Source of the DNA: Gemmatimonadales bacterium
Lineage (GTDB): Bacteria > Gemmatimonadota > Gemmatimonadetes > Gemmatimonadales > GWC2-71-9
Assembly: GCA_035574255.1 (NCBI GenBank)
Contig: DATLYZ010000002.1
Location: 1,440 to 65,439 of the forward strand
Reading direction: 5' to 3'
Length of the DNA: 64,000 nucleotides
The notes below the pieces were generated by a model. That model had not been told where the DNA came from, ran no database searches, and worked only from the letters and a program-made list of their open reading frames with translations. Below, in pieces: positions 55,668-64,000 of this stretch. The translations under genes were made by a program, and so were the position numbers. Positions within the stretch are counted from its first letter, which is position 1; each line of letters opens with the position of its first letter.

Positions 55668-56350
55668 GGCCAGCCCCCGAACGCCACCGCGTAGGCGAAC
55701 AGGTTCACTCCCATGCGGAGCGCCGCCTCTCGCTTCTCCGGTGGATCCTTGTGAACCTCCGGGTCTTCCCACCCGTCGCCCAGATCGCTCTGGTACGAGT
55801 AGTACACCGCCAGGCGGCCGTCCAGGAAGATTCCGAATCCTTGCGCCGGTTTGCCGTCATGCTCGTGGATCTTGGGGATCCCCCGGGGGAAGTCGTACAC
55901 CAGATGATAGATCGGATGGTCCAGCGGGACCTCGACCAGGGGACGATCCGGAAAGAGCCGGGCCAGCTCCCGGCGGATGGACTCGTCCATCCCGTAGTTG
56001 TCGTCCGCGTGCAGAAAGCCGCCGTTCAGGAGGTAGCGGCGCAGCGCCGCGAGGTCGGCCTCGCTGAACCGGACGTTTCCGTGGCCGGTCATGTAGAGGT
56101 AGGGGACGCTCCAGAGCTCGTCGTCGGCGAGCCGGACGATCTTTTCGCGGGCGGCGACGCGCAGCGTGGTCCGGGTGGCGATGGCCTGGAGAAGGTTGGG
56201 GAGACTGGACGGGTTGGCGTACCAGTCCCCCCCCCCGTCGTAGTGGAGCCGGCCGATCGTCATGGTGCCGACCGGCTCGTTCCGCTGCGCCGGGAGCGCC
56301 GGCGGCAGCAGGGTCGCGAGGATGCCGCACAGGGCGGCCGGTCGAGTCAT
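55664..56350 (-). CDS. DUF4159-like secreted protein
   Basis: ORF 55664..56350. The ATG overlaps the rsmI stop (ATGA). Has a signal peptide. Contains IGRLHYDGGGDWYANPSSLPNLL, VPYLYMTGHGNVRFSEADLAALRRYLLNGGFLHADDNYG and GVNLFAYA. The family name is from memory. Confidence 0.7.
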   Translation of the reverse strand: MTRPAALCGILATLLPPALPAQRNEPVGTMTIGRLHYDGGGDWYANPSSLPNLLQAIATRTTLRVAAREKIVRLADDELWSVPYLYMTGHGNVRFSEADLAALRRYLLNGGFLHADDNYGMDESIRRELARLFPDRPLVEVPLDHPIYHLVYDFPRGIPKIHEHDGKPAQGFGIFLDGRLAVYYSYQSDLGDGWEDPEVHKDPPEKREAALRMGVNLFAYAVAFGGWP

Positions 56351-57183
56351 GGCAGGGACATCACGATCCGGTACGCTTCGTTCCGGGGGAGAGACGTTTC
56401 AGCCACGAGCTGCTGCACGGCGTCCCGGCGCGAGAGGCCGCCGGCGAGGAGCCGGGCGGCCCGCTGCTCCATGTCCTCCCGGTTCACCGCGGGCGCTTCC
56501 GCCGTGCCGGCACCCTCCAGCACGACCGTGACCTCGCCCGGCGGGGCGTGCTGCCCGTAGCGCGCGGCCAGTTCCGCCAGCGTCCCGGCCCGGATCTCCT
56601 CGTGCACCTTGGTGAGCTCGCGCGCCACGACCGCCCGGCGATCGGGCCCGGCCAGCGCCGCAAGATCGTCCAGGAGCGCGCCCAGACGGTTGGCCGCCTC
56701 GTAGAACACGACCGTCCACTCCGCGGCCGCCGCGATCCGGAGCAGCCGATCGCGCTCCTTCCCTTTCCTCGGCACGAAGCCGAGGAAGAGATAGCGGTCC
56801 GCGGGGAACCCGGCTGCCGACAGCGCGGCCGTCACGGCGGCCGGGCCCGGCACGGGCACGACGTGGAACCCGGCCTGGCGCGCCGCGGCGACGAGCACCG
56901 CACCCGGGTCGCTGATGGCCGGGGTGCCGGCGTCGGTCACCAGCGCAACGTCGCGACCTTCGCGCAGGATCTCGAGCAGCGCCTCCACCCGGCGCTCCGG
57001 TGAATGGGCGTGGAAACTGAGGACCTTGGGGTGGGCGTCGAGATGGGCGAGGAGTCCCCGGACCCGCCGGGTGTCCTCCGCCGCCACGACCGGAACCGTC
57101 CGGAGGAGCTCGGCGGCCCGCGGCGACAGGTCCCCCAGGTGCCCGAGCGGCGTGGCGACGACGTACAGCGTGGCGGGGGGCAT
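56347..57183 (-). CDS. rsmI: 16S rRNA (cytidine1402-2'-O)-methyltransferase
   Basis: ORF 56347..57288, trimmed to ATG 57181..57183. Contains LYVVATPLGHLGDLSPRA, AAEDTRR, LVTDAGTPAISDPG, VVFYEAANRL and ARELTKVHEE. Confidence 0.9.
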   Translation of the reverse strand: MPPATLYVVATPLGHLGDLSPRAAELLRTVPVVAAEDTRRVRGLLAHLDAHPKVLSFHAHSPERRVEALLEILREGRDVALVTDAGTPAISDPGAVLVAAARQAGFHVVPVPGPAAVTAALSAAGFPADRYLFLGFVPRKGKERDRLLRIAAAAEWTVVFYEAANRLGALLDDLAALAGPDRRAVVARELTKVHEEIRAGTLAELAARYGQHAPPGEVTVVLEGAGTAEAPAVNREDMEQRAARLLAGGLSRRDAVQQLVAETSLPRNEAYRIVMSLP

Positions 57184-57288
57184 GCCCCGTAAGCTAAGGA
57201 CGGCGACCGGGGAACGGGAAACGGTCCAGGGCGTCTCCGGTCGCCACCCGGCCCTCGGCCGGTCCTCGCCGGCTCGTGGACCGGCCAC

Positions 57289-57312
57289 GGAGGGCGGCGG
57301 AGGCCGCCCTCC
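57289..57312 (-). terminator. GC-rich hairpin immediately after the trxA stop
   Basis: Perfect 10-bp stem GGAGGGCGGC / GCCGCCCTCC with a 4-nt loop, beginning 4 nt after the trxA stop codon. No U-tract follows, so its function as a terminator is inferred only. Confidence 0.4.
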
Positions 57313-57315
57313 CGC

Positions 57316-57654
57316 TCACGCGAGGTGCTGCCGGATCTTCCCCTCGAGGATCGCCTTGATCCTCGGATCGAACCCCACCACGCTGTCCACGGGCTGCCCG
57401 TTCCTGAAGAACAGGATGGTGGGGATGGAGCGGACGTTGAAGCGGACGGCCGTCTCCTGGTTCTGATCGGTATCGAGCTTGGCGACCTTGATCTTCCCCG
57501 CGTACTGCTCGGCCAGCTCATCGACGACCGGCGCGATCGCCTTGCAGGGGCCGCACCAGGCGGCCCAGAAGTCCACCAGCGACAGTCCGTTGAACTGCTC
57601 GATCTCGCTCGCGAAGGTGGCGTCGGTGACGTGGACGATGTGGGGACTGGCCAT
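57316..57654 (-). CDS. trxA: thioredoxin
   Basis: ORF 57316..57654, 112 aa. Active site WAAWCGPCK. Contains VAKLDTDQNQ and RSIPTILFFRNG. Confidence 0.95.
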   Translation of the reverse strand: MASPHIVHVTDATFASEIEQFNGLSLVDFWAAWCGPCKAIAPVVDELAEQYAGKIKVAKLDTDQNQETAVRFNVRSIPTILFFRNGQPVDSVVGFDPRIKAILEGKIRQHLA

Positions 57655-57733
57655 GCGTTCTCGATCCTTTCGCGTTAGCTTGTGCCCGGATCGCCGCGAG
57701 GGCGATTGGCAGCGTTCGTGCCGAGCCGGAGGG

Positions 57734-58132
57734 ATGGTGAGCGATCAACCGCGCCTTGCCCACATTGGAGTCGCCGTCGAGAGCATCGCGGCGGCCCTGC
57801 CATTCTACCGGGACGTGCTGGGGCTGGAGCCCGGCGAGCCGGAGGAGGCCGACGGGGCCGCCATCGTGGCCCTCCCCTTCGGCGACTCGGCGGTGGAGCT
57901 ACTCGAGCCCCGCACGCCCGAGAGCCCGATCGCCAGGTTTCTCGCCCGGCGCGGCCCCGGCATCCACCATGTCTGCTACCGCGTGCCCGATCTGGCGCGA
58001 GCCCTCGAGGCCTGCCGGCGAGCCGGCTACCGGCTGGTGGACGAGACACCCCGCCGCGGGGCGGGCGGCCGCCCCATCGCGTTCGTCCATCCCAGGAGCA
58101 CCGCCGGCATCCTGATCGAACTCACCGAATGA
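57734..58132 (+). CDS. mce: methylmalonyl-CoA epimerase (VOC/glyoxalase-fold)
   Basis: In-frame ATG 57734 within ORF 57479..58132. Contains LAHIGVAVESI, VELLEP...SPIARFL, GPGIHHVCYRV and FVHPRSTAGILIEL. Confidence 0.85.
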   Translation: MVSDQPRLAHIGVAVESIAAALPFYRDVLGLEPGEPEEADGAAIVALPFGDSAVELLEPRTPESPIARFLARRGPGIHHVCYRVPDLARALEACRRAGYRLVDETPRRGAGGRPIAFVHPRSTAGILIELTE

Positions 58133-58144
58133 CGCCGGCCGATG

Positions 58145-58615
58145 TCAGGGCTGCGCGTCCGGCTTGGGGGCGGCACAGGGCCGGCCGGGCGTCCCCGCCA
58201 GGTTGAGGTCGATGGCGGCGACGATCCATGCGCCGTCGGCGGTCTTGACCGTCGTGAACGGCACGGCCCGCACGCATTCGCGCCGATCCAGTTCGACCGT
58301 CACGACCTGCCGAGTGGGGTTGCCGCCCTCCGCCTCGATCCGCACGATCTTGTACGGTGTGTTGCGCAGGTAGAGCTGGGTCACGGTCAGGCGGCGCTGG
58401 TAGTCCGCCGGCTGGCCCGTGACGGACGCCGGACCTCGGGCCGTCCCCCAGTGCCGGCCCATCAGGGGGATGTTGCTGTCCGCCACGGCCGCCATGAAGC
58501 GGCGGACCGCCTCCTCCGGCGAGGCGGCGGGGGCGACGGTCGGGGGGGGGGCGGTGCGGCCACCGCCGCAGGCAGCGAGGAGCACGAGCAGCGCGGCAGA
58601 GCGTCCCTGTATCAC
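58145..58615 (-). CDS. hypothetical lipoprotein (156 aa)
   Basis: In-frame GTG 58613..58615 within ORF 58145..58951. Lipobox LLAACGG. EEAVRRFMAAVADSN suggests an NTF2/SnoaL-like fold. Pro-rich tail. Confidence 0.5.
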   Translation of the reverse strand: MIQGRSAALLVLLAACGGGRTAPPPTVAPAASPEEAVRRFMAAVADSNIPLMGRHWGTARGPASVTGQPADYQRRLTVTQLYLRNTPYKIVRIEAEGGNPTRQVVTVELDRRECVRAVPFTTVKTADGAWIVAAIDLNLAGTPGRPCAAPKPDAQP

Positions 58616-58727
58616 GCGATCCTCCCTCGAGCCGGGGCCGTCACCGATGACCGCCGGGTGACGTCGCCGGGTTCGAATCCGCACGGTGTGGGTGGCGCAA
58701 CTTACACAGCCACCCGAGGAGTGGGCA

Positions 58728-59456
58728 ATGACCGCGTTGCGATTGTACGTGAACATTGACCACGTGGCGACCGTCCGCCAGGCGCGCCGCACCGACGAAC
58801 CGGATCCGGTGGAGGCCGCTGCCCTCGTGGAGGCCGCCGGCGCCGACGGGATCACGGTCCATCTGCGCGAGGACCGCCGCCACATCCAGGATCGCGACGT
58901 GGAGCGCCTGGCCGCCTCGATCCGCACGGTGCTCAACCTCGAGCTGGCCACGAGCCCCGAGATCGTCGCCCTCGCCTGCCGGCTGCGCCCCCATCAGGCC
59001 ACCCTGGTCCCCGAGCGCCGCGAGGAGATCACCACCGAGGGCGGGCTCGACCTGGAGCGCCGGGACCCGCGCCTGCGCGAGACCATCGCCCGGCTCCGCG
59101 ACCAGGGCGTCCGGGTGAGCCTCTTCATCGATCCGGTGGCCCGGAGCATCGATCGGTCCGCCGAGCTGGGGGTCGCGGCCGTCGAGCTCCATACCGGCCG
59201 CTACGCCCACACCTGGCGGGAAGGGCCCGCGGCGCTCGAGGAGCTGCGGGAGGCGGCGCGCCAGGCCCGCCGGGCAGGGCTCGCCGTCCACGCCGGCCAC
59301 GGCCTCACCTACCGGAACGTCGTTCCGGTGGCCGCGATCGCCGAGATCGAGGAGCTCAACATCGGTCACAGCATCGTGAGCCGGGCGGTCATGGTGGGCA
59401 TGCGCCAGGCGACCGCCGAGATGCTGGCGCTCGTGCGCGGGGCGCGGACCGTTTGA
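58728..59456 (+). CDS. pdxJ: pyridoxine 5'-phosphate synthase
   Basis: In-frame ATG 58728, preceded by GAGGAG. Contains [55 protein letters not shown] and VELHTGRYA. Confidence 0.92.
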   Translation: MTALRLYVNIDHVATVRQARRTDEPDPVEAAALVEAAGADGITVHLREDRRHIQDRDVERLAASIRTVLNLELATSPEIVALACRLRPHQATLVPERREEITTEGGLDLERRDPRLRETIARLRDQGVRVSLFIDPVARSIDRSAELGVAAVELHTGRYAHTWREGPAALEELREAARQARRAGLAVHAGHGLTYRNVVPVAAIAEIEELNIGHSIVSRAVMVGMRQATAEMLALVRGARTV

Positions 59457-59511
59457 CCCCGAGCCCGGCGATGCCTACTATGGACAGGCCTTCAGCGCTC
59501 GTGCCGCCCTC

Positions 59512-61128
59512 ATGACCCAGCCGCTCGCCATGGACGATTTCTTCATCCTCGAGGCCGGGGAGTACCTCGAGCGGATGGGGATCATGGTGGCGTCGGAATC
59601 GCCGCCCAGCGCCGACGAGCTGGTCCGGTTCACGCGCGCGCTCCGGGGGAGCGCGCTTATGGCCAACCAGCACGCGATCGCTCGCGCGGCCGGCGGCCTG
59701 GAGCAGCTGGTGCGGGCCTACCGCGAAGGCCGGCGCGGCTGGGACCCGGACCTCGCCTCGCTCTGCATCGAGGCCGTGGGGACCTTGCGGGCGCTGGTCG
59801 AGGGGGTCCGCCACTGGACCGCCGACCACGCGGCGCGGGCCGAACGCCTGGTGGCGATGCTCGAGGGGAGTGCCGGGTCGGCCCCCCGTCCCGCGGCCGG
59901 GGCGCCTCCCGCGGCCAGCGAGGCGGGCGTCCGGGCCTTTCTCGCGCGCGAAGCCGCCGCGGTGGGGAGTGCGCTCGATCAGGCGGCGCGGAGCCTGCGG
60001 GCGACTCCGGGCGCGACCGATGCGGCCCAGATGGTGCTCCGCCGCATGCAGCCGCTCCGGGGTCTCGCGGCGCTCGCCGATTACCCTCCGCTGGTGGAGC
60101 TGCTGGACGGGATCGAGGGGTCCGTGGCCGCGCTCAGCCGGTTCGAGCTTGGCGCGCCCGAGATCGCGAACCGGTTCGAGGCCGCGGCGAAGGCCCTGGG
60201 CCGGGCCGCACGAGACATCGCCGAGATCGGGCGGCCGGAGCCGGAGGCCGCCGAGTTCCGGGCCTTCGCCGCCCTGCTCCTGGCCACGAGCGAGGCGGCC
60301 CCGGTCGTCCCCATCGAGCAGCTCTTCTACGCCGGGGAGGACGGGATCGTGCTGCGGGGGACGCCGCCCCGCGGCACCCAGGCGCACACGCTGGCGCCGC
60401 TCTCGATCGTGAGCCGCGGCGAGCATCTGCGCCAGGTCGCCGACGAGATCGCCCATGCCGCCTCGCCCACCCAGCGCGAACTCCGGCTGCACACGCTCAT
60501 GGCCGACCTCCGGGTGCTGGCCAGCGGGCTCCAGCCGCCGCTCGAGCGCGCCGTCGAGCACTTCGCGGGGGCCGCGCGCGCGGCCATCGCCCGGGGCGGC
60601 GCCGCCCGCGATCCCGGCCGCTTCGCCGAACTGTTAGGCGAGGCCGGAGCCCGGCTCCGGGCCGCCTCCGACACCGTGGATCCCGCATCCCTCGCCCGCC
60701 ATTTCGAGGAGCTGGCCGACGCGATGGGCACCGTGGGGACCGAGCCGGCCCCGGTGACCGCCGTGGCGAGCGGCCAGATCGACACGGACGAACTCCCGAT
60801 CGTCCCGATCGAAAGCCTCGAACTCACCGAGGAGACCCCGGACCTGGCCGCGAGCTGGACCGAGTACGAGGCGCTGCTGAGCGGAGCCCGGGCGGGTGCC
60901 GCAACGGCCGGAGAGCGAGCCCCCGCCCCGGCCGCCGTCGCCGCGCGCGAGGGGCCGCCGATCGTGGACATTGATTCGATCCTCTATCGCGGCCGCTCGG
61001 CATTGGAGCGAGCGCAGGAGGTCGGCTCCGAGTTGCGGCGGGCCCTGGCCGGGGCCGCGAGCGGGACCGCCCTCCGACCCCTGGTCGAGGAACTGCTCGA
61101 CCTCGTGACCCTCGCCGAGCACGACTGA
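59512..61128 (+). CDS. Ala-rich hypothetical protein with degenerate Hpt-like helical modules
   Basis: ORF 59512..61128, 538 aa. The N-terminus DDFFILEAGEYLERM...FTRALRGSALMAN resembles an Hpt four-helix bundle (F.eEa.E.L...aHslKGsA), but has Arg where the phospho-His would be. A second similar module is FLAREAAAV...RRMQPLRGLAALA. Confidence 0.5.
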   Translation: MTQPLAMDDFFILEAGEYLERMGIMVASESPPSADELVRFTRALRGSALMANQHAIARAAGGLEQLVRAYREGRRGWDPDLASLCIEAVGTLRALVEGVRHWTADHAARAERLVAMLEGSAGSAPRPAAGAPPAASEAGVRAFLAREAAAVGSALDQAARSLRATPGATDAAQMVLRRMQPLRGLAALADYPPLVELLDGIEGSVAALSRFELGAPEIANRFEAAAKALGRAARDIAEIGRPEPEAAEFRAFAALLLATSEAAPVVPIEQLFYAGEDGIVLRGTPPRGTQAHTLAPLSIVSRGEHLRQVADEIAHAASPTQRELRLHTLMADLRVLASGLQPPLERAVEHFAGAARAAIARGGAARDPGRFAELLGEAGARLRAASDTVDPASLARHFEELADAMGTVGTEPAPVTAVASGQIDTDELPIVPIESLELTEETPDLAASWTEYEALLSGARAGAATAGERAPAPAAVAAREGPPIVDIDSILYRGRSALERAQEVGSELRRALAGAASGTALRPLVEELLDLVTLAEHD

Positions 61129-61136
61129 CCCCACCC

Positions 61137-62159
61137 TTGACGGCCCCGCCCGCCCGACGCCGAGCCCCGGTCTGGCAAACTCTGCTCGGCGTGCTGATCT
61201 CGGCCCTCCTGCTCTGGTGGGCCCTCAAAGACGTGCAGTTCCGCGAAGTGGGGCAGGCGGTCCGGGAGGCCCGCCTGCTACCCATCCTCCTGGGGGTGAT
61301 CCTCGCCACCTCCACCTTCGTGGTCCGGATCTTCCGGTGGCAGCTCCTCCTCCGCAGCGACTCGGGGGCACCGCTCCCGGCCCTCCCCTTGTGGCACGCC
61401 ATCGCCATGGGGTTCATGGCGAACAACACGTTGCCCCTGCGCATGGGCGAGGTGTTCCGGACCTTCGCGGTGCATCACCTGGCGGGCGTCCGCTTCACGG
61501 GGGCCCTCGCCTCCATCGCCGTCGAGCGGCTCTTCGACGCCATCACCGTGATCGCGCTCCTCGGCGCCGGGCTCCTCTCCGCGGGCCTCCCGTCCGGTTC
61601 CGCGGTGGGCGGGGTTCCGATCGGCCGGCTGGTGACGGCGGTGGGCCTGCTGGCCCTGGCCGGGTTCGTGGCGGCGGGGCTGGTGGTCGCGTTCCCGCTC
61701 CGCGCGGAACGCGTGGCCCGGCGGCTCATCCCGAGCACCCGATTGGCCGCCCGCGTGGTGGGCATCATCGAGGGAATCCGGCAGGGGCTGCTGGTCCTCA
61801 CCTCGCCGGCCCGGATCCTCGGGGTGGCCGCCTGGTCGCTGGTGCTCTGGGGCCTGAGCGCCCTCTCCTTCCATGTCATGTTCGGAGCCTTCGGCATCAC
61901 GGTGGACTTCCCGGGCGCGCTCATCATGCAGGGCCTCATTATGTTCGGCATCGCGGTGCCTTCGACCCCGGGGTATGTCGGCGTCTTCGAAGCCCCGATC
62001 ATCGCGGTGCTCGCGCTGTACGAGGTGGATCGTACCCTCGCCGCCACCTACGCGATCACCTACCATGTCACCACCTTCCTCCCCATTACCCTGCTCGGCG
62101 CCTGGTCCATGCTGCGGACCCACGTCGGGCTCAAGCGCCTCCGGCAGGAGATCGGATGA
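61137..62159 (+). CDS. UPF0104 / lysylphosphatidylglycerol-synthase-TM-region (flippase-like) membrane protein
   Basis: ORF 61137..62159, TTG start (uncertain). About 8 TM helices. Contains LLLWWALKDVQFREV and FRWQLLL...WHAIAMGFMANNTLPLRMGEVFR. Confidence 0.75.
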   Translation: MTAPPARRRAPVWQTLLGVLISALLLWWALKDVQFREVGQAVREARLLPILLGVILATSTFVVRIFRWQLLLRSDSGAPLPALPLWHAIAMGFMANNTLPLRMGEVFRTFAVHHLAGVRFTGALASIAVERLFDAITVIALLGAGLLSAGLPSGSAVGGVPIGRLVTAVGLLALAGFVAAGLVVAFPLRAERVARRLIPSTRLAARVVGIIEGIRQGLLVLTSPARILGVAAWSLVLWGLSALSFHVMFGAFGITVDFPGALIMQGLIMFGIAVPSTPGYVGVFEAPIIAVLALYEVDRTLAATYAITYHVTTFLPITLLGAWSMLRTHVGLKRLRQEIG

Positions 62160-63115
62160 GCGACGCCGTCCAGATCGCCGCCCACGCCAAGCTCAACCTC
62201 TTTCTTCGGGTGCTGGCCCGCGAGGCGGATGGATTCCACGGGCTCGAGACGCTCTTCTGCCTGATCAGCCTCGCCGACCTGCTCGCGGCGGAACGGCGCA
62301 CCGCCCCCGGCGTGACGATCGAGGTCCGGGGCGCGGACACCGGCTCGGCGGAGGAGAACCTGGCGGTGCGCGCGGCCCGAATGGTGCTGGAGGCCACCGG
62401 CAACCGGTTCGGAGTGCACCTCCGCTTGGAGAAGCGGATCCCGGTGCGCGCCGGGCTGGGAGGCGGGTCGAGCGACGCGGCCGCAGCGCTCGATCTGGTG
62501 AACCGGCTCGCCGGCGACCCCGTGCCGCGCCACGAGCTACTGCAGTTCGCCGCCCGCCTCGGCAGCGACGTGCCGTTCTTCGTGAGCGGCGGCCCGCTCG
62601 CGCTCGCCTGGGGCCACGGCGAGCGCATGCTCCGGCTGCCTCCCCTTCCGCCCGCCCCGGCCCTGCTCGTCCTCCCGGCGGTAGCGATCAGTACCCCGGA
62701 GGCCTACCGCCAGGTGGACGAGGCCCGGCACGGCACCGGGCGCCGGGGAGCCGTGGCCCTCGATCCCGCGGTCCTGTCGAGTTGGGGCCAGATCGGCCGC
62801 CTGTCAGGCAATGACTTCGAGTCCGTCCTCTTCGGCCGCCACCCCGAACTGCGACGCGCCTTCGAGGCGCTGGCCGCCACCCACCCCCTCGTCTGCCGGA
62901 TGTCGGGCTCGGGATCCGCGCTCTTCGCGGTGTACCGCTCGGCCGCCGATCGGGACCAGGCGCGTATGGTCCTGGGGAGGAAGTACGGGGACACCATGGC
63001 GGTGGAGACCCTGGCGAGCCAGCCGCCCGGGCCGGTCGAGGCGGGCGGGAGCGGGATTGGAGGCGGGGAACCCGGAACGGTCAACCCGGAACATGGCCAG
63101 CCGGCCGAACGCTGA
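62156..63115 (+). CDS. ispE: 4-(cytidine 5'-diphospho)-2-C-methyl-D-erythritol kinase
   Basis: In-frame ATG 62156 overlaps the upstream stop (ATGA), within ORF 61217..63115. Contains AHAKLNLFLRV, the GHMP motif LEKRIPVRAGLGGGSSDAAA, and GSDVPFF. Confidence 0.9.
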   Translation: MSDAVQIAAHAKLNLFLRVLAREADGFHGLETLFCLISLADLLAAERRTAPGVTIEVRGADTGSAEENLAVRAARMVLEATGNRFGVHLRLEKRIPVRAGLGGGSSDAAAALDLVNRLAGDPVPRHELLQFAARLGSDVPFFVSGGPLALAWGHGERMLRLPPLPPAPALLVLPAVAISTPEAYRQVDEARHGTGRRGAVALDPAVLSSWGQIGRLSGNDFESVLFGRHPELRRAFEALAATHPLVCRMSGSGSALFAVYRSAADRDQARMVLGRKYGDTMAVETLASQPPGPVEAGGSGIGGGEPGTVNPEHGQPAER

Positions 63116-63216
63116 GATCTCCCGTTGCCGGAATCGAGGTTCCATCCGTTTCCCCTGCGGCGTTCCCGGTTCCCGGTGGCCCGTCCCCTGTTCCCCCGTG
63201 TACCTTCTCCGCAGCC

Positions 63217-63287
63217 TGGCCCTTCGTCCAACGGCAGGACACCAGACTTTGGATCTGGGAATGGTGGTTCGAATCCACCAGGGCCAA
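63217..63287 (+). tRNA. tRNA-Gln (anticodon TTG)
   Basis: Cloverleaf: TGGCCCT TC GTCC AACGGCA GGAC A CCAGA CTTTGGA TCTGG GAAT GGTGG TTCGAAT CCACC AGGGCCA A. It occupies the conserved position between ispE and prs. Confidence 0.85.
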
Positions 63288-63305
63288 TCCGGGACCACCT
63301 GAAGG

Positions 63306-63367
63306 CCGGGCACCCGACCCGCGATGTAACCGTCCTTCGCGCCGTGGCGCGGGGTGCCGGCTTTTTC
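63306..63367 (+). terminator. putative intrinsic terminator after tRNA-Gln
   Basis: The outer stem CCGG(G)CACCC...GGGTGCCGG encloses an inner hairpin CGCGC-CGTG-GCGCG. CTTTTTCC follows directly. Confidence 0.45.
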
Positions 63368-63656
63368 CTGGCCGCCGCGGGACCTGCCCAGCCGCGGGAC
63401 CCTGGACCGGGGTGGCCTCCGCCTCACGGTTCGGGCAGCGGTGAACTCGGGATGCTGGCCGGCCCCCTGCGGATCGCCGCGAGCAACGGGGGACCGGTAT
63501 CTGTTCGAGAACAGTTTGCCCTGACGGGCGTGGTAGCCCCGCACCGGCTGGCAAGGCGTGCGCCGAGCTGCCGCTTGCCTCCTGGCCTGACCCGGCCCGT
63601 CCAGCCCGCCCCGTTGACTCTCCCCGCCCGCGTAACTACGTTTGGCGGCTCGATTT

Positions 63657-64000
63657 ATGGCGGATCTCTCGCTCAACCACAGCCAGATGCTCCTCCTCTC
63701 CGGCTCGGCCAACCGGCCGCTCGCGGAGGAGGTCGGGCAGCAGCTGGGGCAGGCGCTCTGTCAGGTAACGCTGCGGCGGTTCTCGGACGGCGAGATCTTC
63801 GTCAAGATCGACGAGAATGTGCGGGGGCGCGACGTGTTCGTGATTCAGCCCACGAACCCGCCCGCCGAGAACATCCTGGAGCTGCTGCTGCTCATTGACG
63901 CGGCGCGGCGGGCCAGCGCGGCCCGGATCACGGCGGTGATCCCGTACTTCGGCTACGCGCGGCAGGATCGGAAGGACCAGCCCCGGGTGGCCATCAGCGC
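63657..64000 (+). CDS. prs: ribose-phosphate pyrophosphokinase, N-terminal fragment (continues past the window end)
   Basis: Hand translation from ATG 63657 gives [115 protein letters not shown]. It is not in the ORF track because no stop falls before the window edge. Confidence 0.9.
   Translation, partial: MADLSLNHSQMLLLSGSANRPLAEEVGQQLGQALCQVTLRRFSDGEIFVKIDENVRGRDVFVIQPTNPPAENILELLLLIDAARRASAARITAVIPYFGYARQDRKDQPRVAIS

Noticed and set aside
58542-58551. Homopolymer runs of 9-10 G or C inside coding regions as possible phase-variation switches. Examples are 58542..58551, 30431..30440, 56227..56236, 35643..35651 and 54695..54703, encoding PPP or GGG.
   Set aside because: With about 36% G and about 36% C, runs of at least 10 are expected about 0.36^10 x 64000 x 2, or 4-5 times, in this window by chance. 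I saw three. All are in frame and encode Pro/Gly stretches in linkers.

Overview
This is a very GC-rich (about 70% by eye) bacterial chromosomal segment, densely packed and mostly housekeeping. I support about 56 protein-coding genes (two run off the window edges), 4 tRNA genes (Met-CAT, Ser-TGA, Ser-GCT, Gln-TTG), one frameshifted gene, a few hairpin terminators and one short repeat family. I found no rRNA, CRISPR array, transposase, integrase, prophage or recognisable defence system.

Gene order, left to right:
- ftsH(5' part)-hpt-tilS
- M16 peptidase
- frameshifted DUF72-like gene, PEP-CTERM protein, DinB-like protein, tRNA-Met, NirK-like copper protein
- ftsB-eno-plsC-thiL-propeller protein-nnr
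- Zn-ribbon plus Minf_1886-like pair, then glyA-rpiB
- Leu/Val dehydrogenase-hbd-CPBP protease-bioY-thiolase
- sulfotransferase-thrS
- BON-valS-lipoprotein-selA
- purN-purH
- DUF2723-like membrane protein
- tRNA-Ser, lipoprotein, tRNA-Ser, then gltX-capA
- three hypothetical envelope genes
- aminotransferase-FAH hydrolase-JAB::DinG helicase
- Tat-exported protein-TPR-giant coiled-coil protein-DUF4159-rsmI
- trxA, mce, lipoprotein, pdxJ, Hpt-like protein, UPF0104 membrane protein
- ispE-tRNA-Gln-prs(5' part)

Many neighbouring genes are chained by ATGA/GTGA start/stop overlaps.

The least understood and most interesting content:
1. The four-gene coupled cluster at 49316..56350.
2. A helicase with an intact JAMM/RadC-like N-terminal domain.
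3. An uncharacterised three-gene envelope cluster at 41683..44801.
4. An orphan selA inside the valS operon.
5. A possible 50-codon membrane ORF coupled to thrS.
6. A family of heptad-phased CCGTTNC / CCCGTTCCCCGG repeats upstream of several genes.

Limits. All family names are recalled from motif recognition in the translated ORFs, because no searches were run. Coordinates of features absent from the ORF track (tRNAs, small ORF, edge genes, hairpins) were hand-indexed and may be off by 1 nt.
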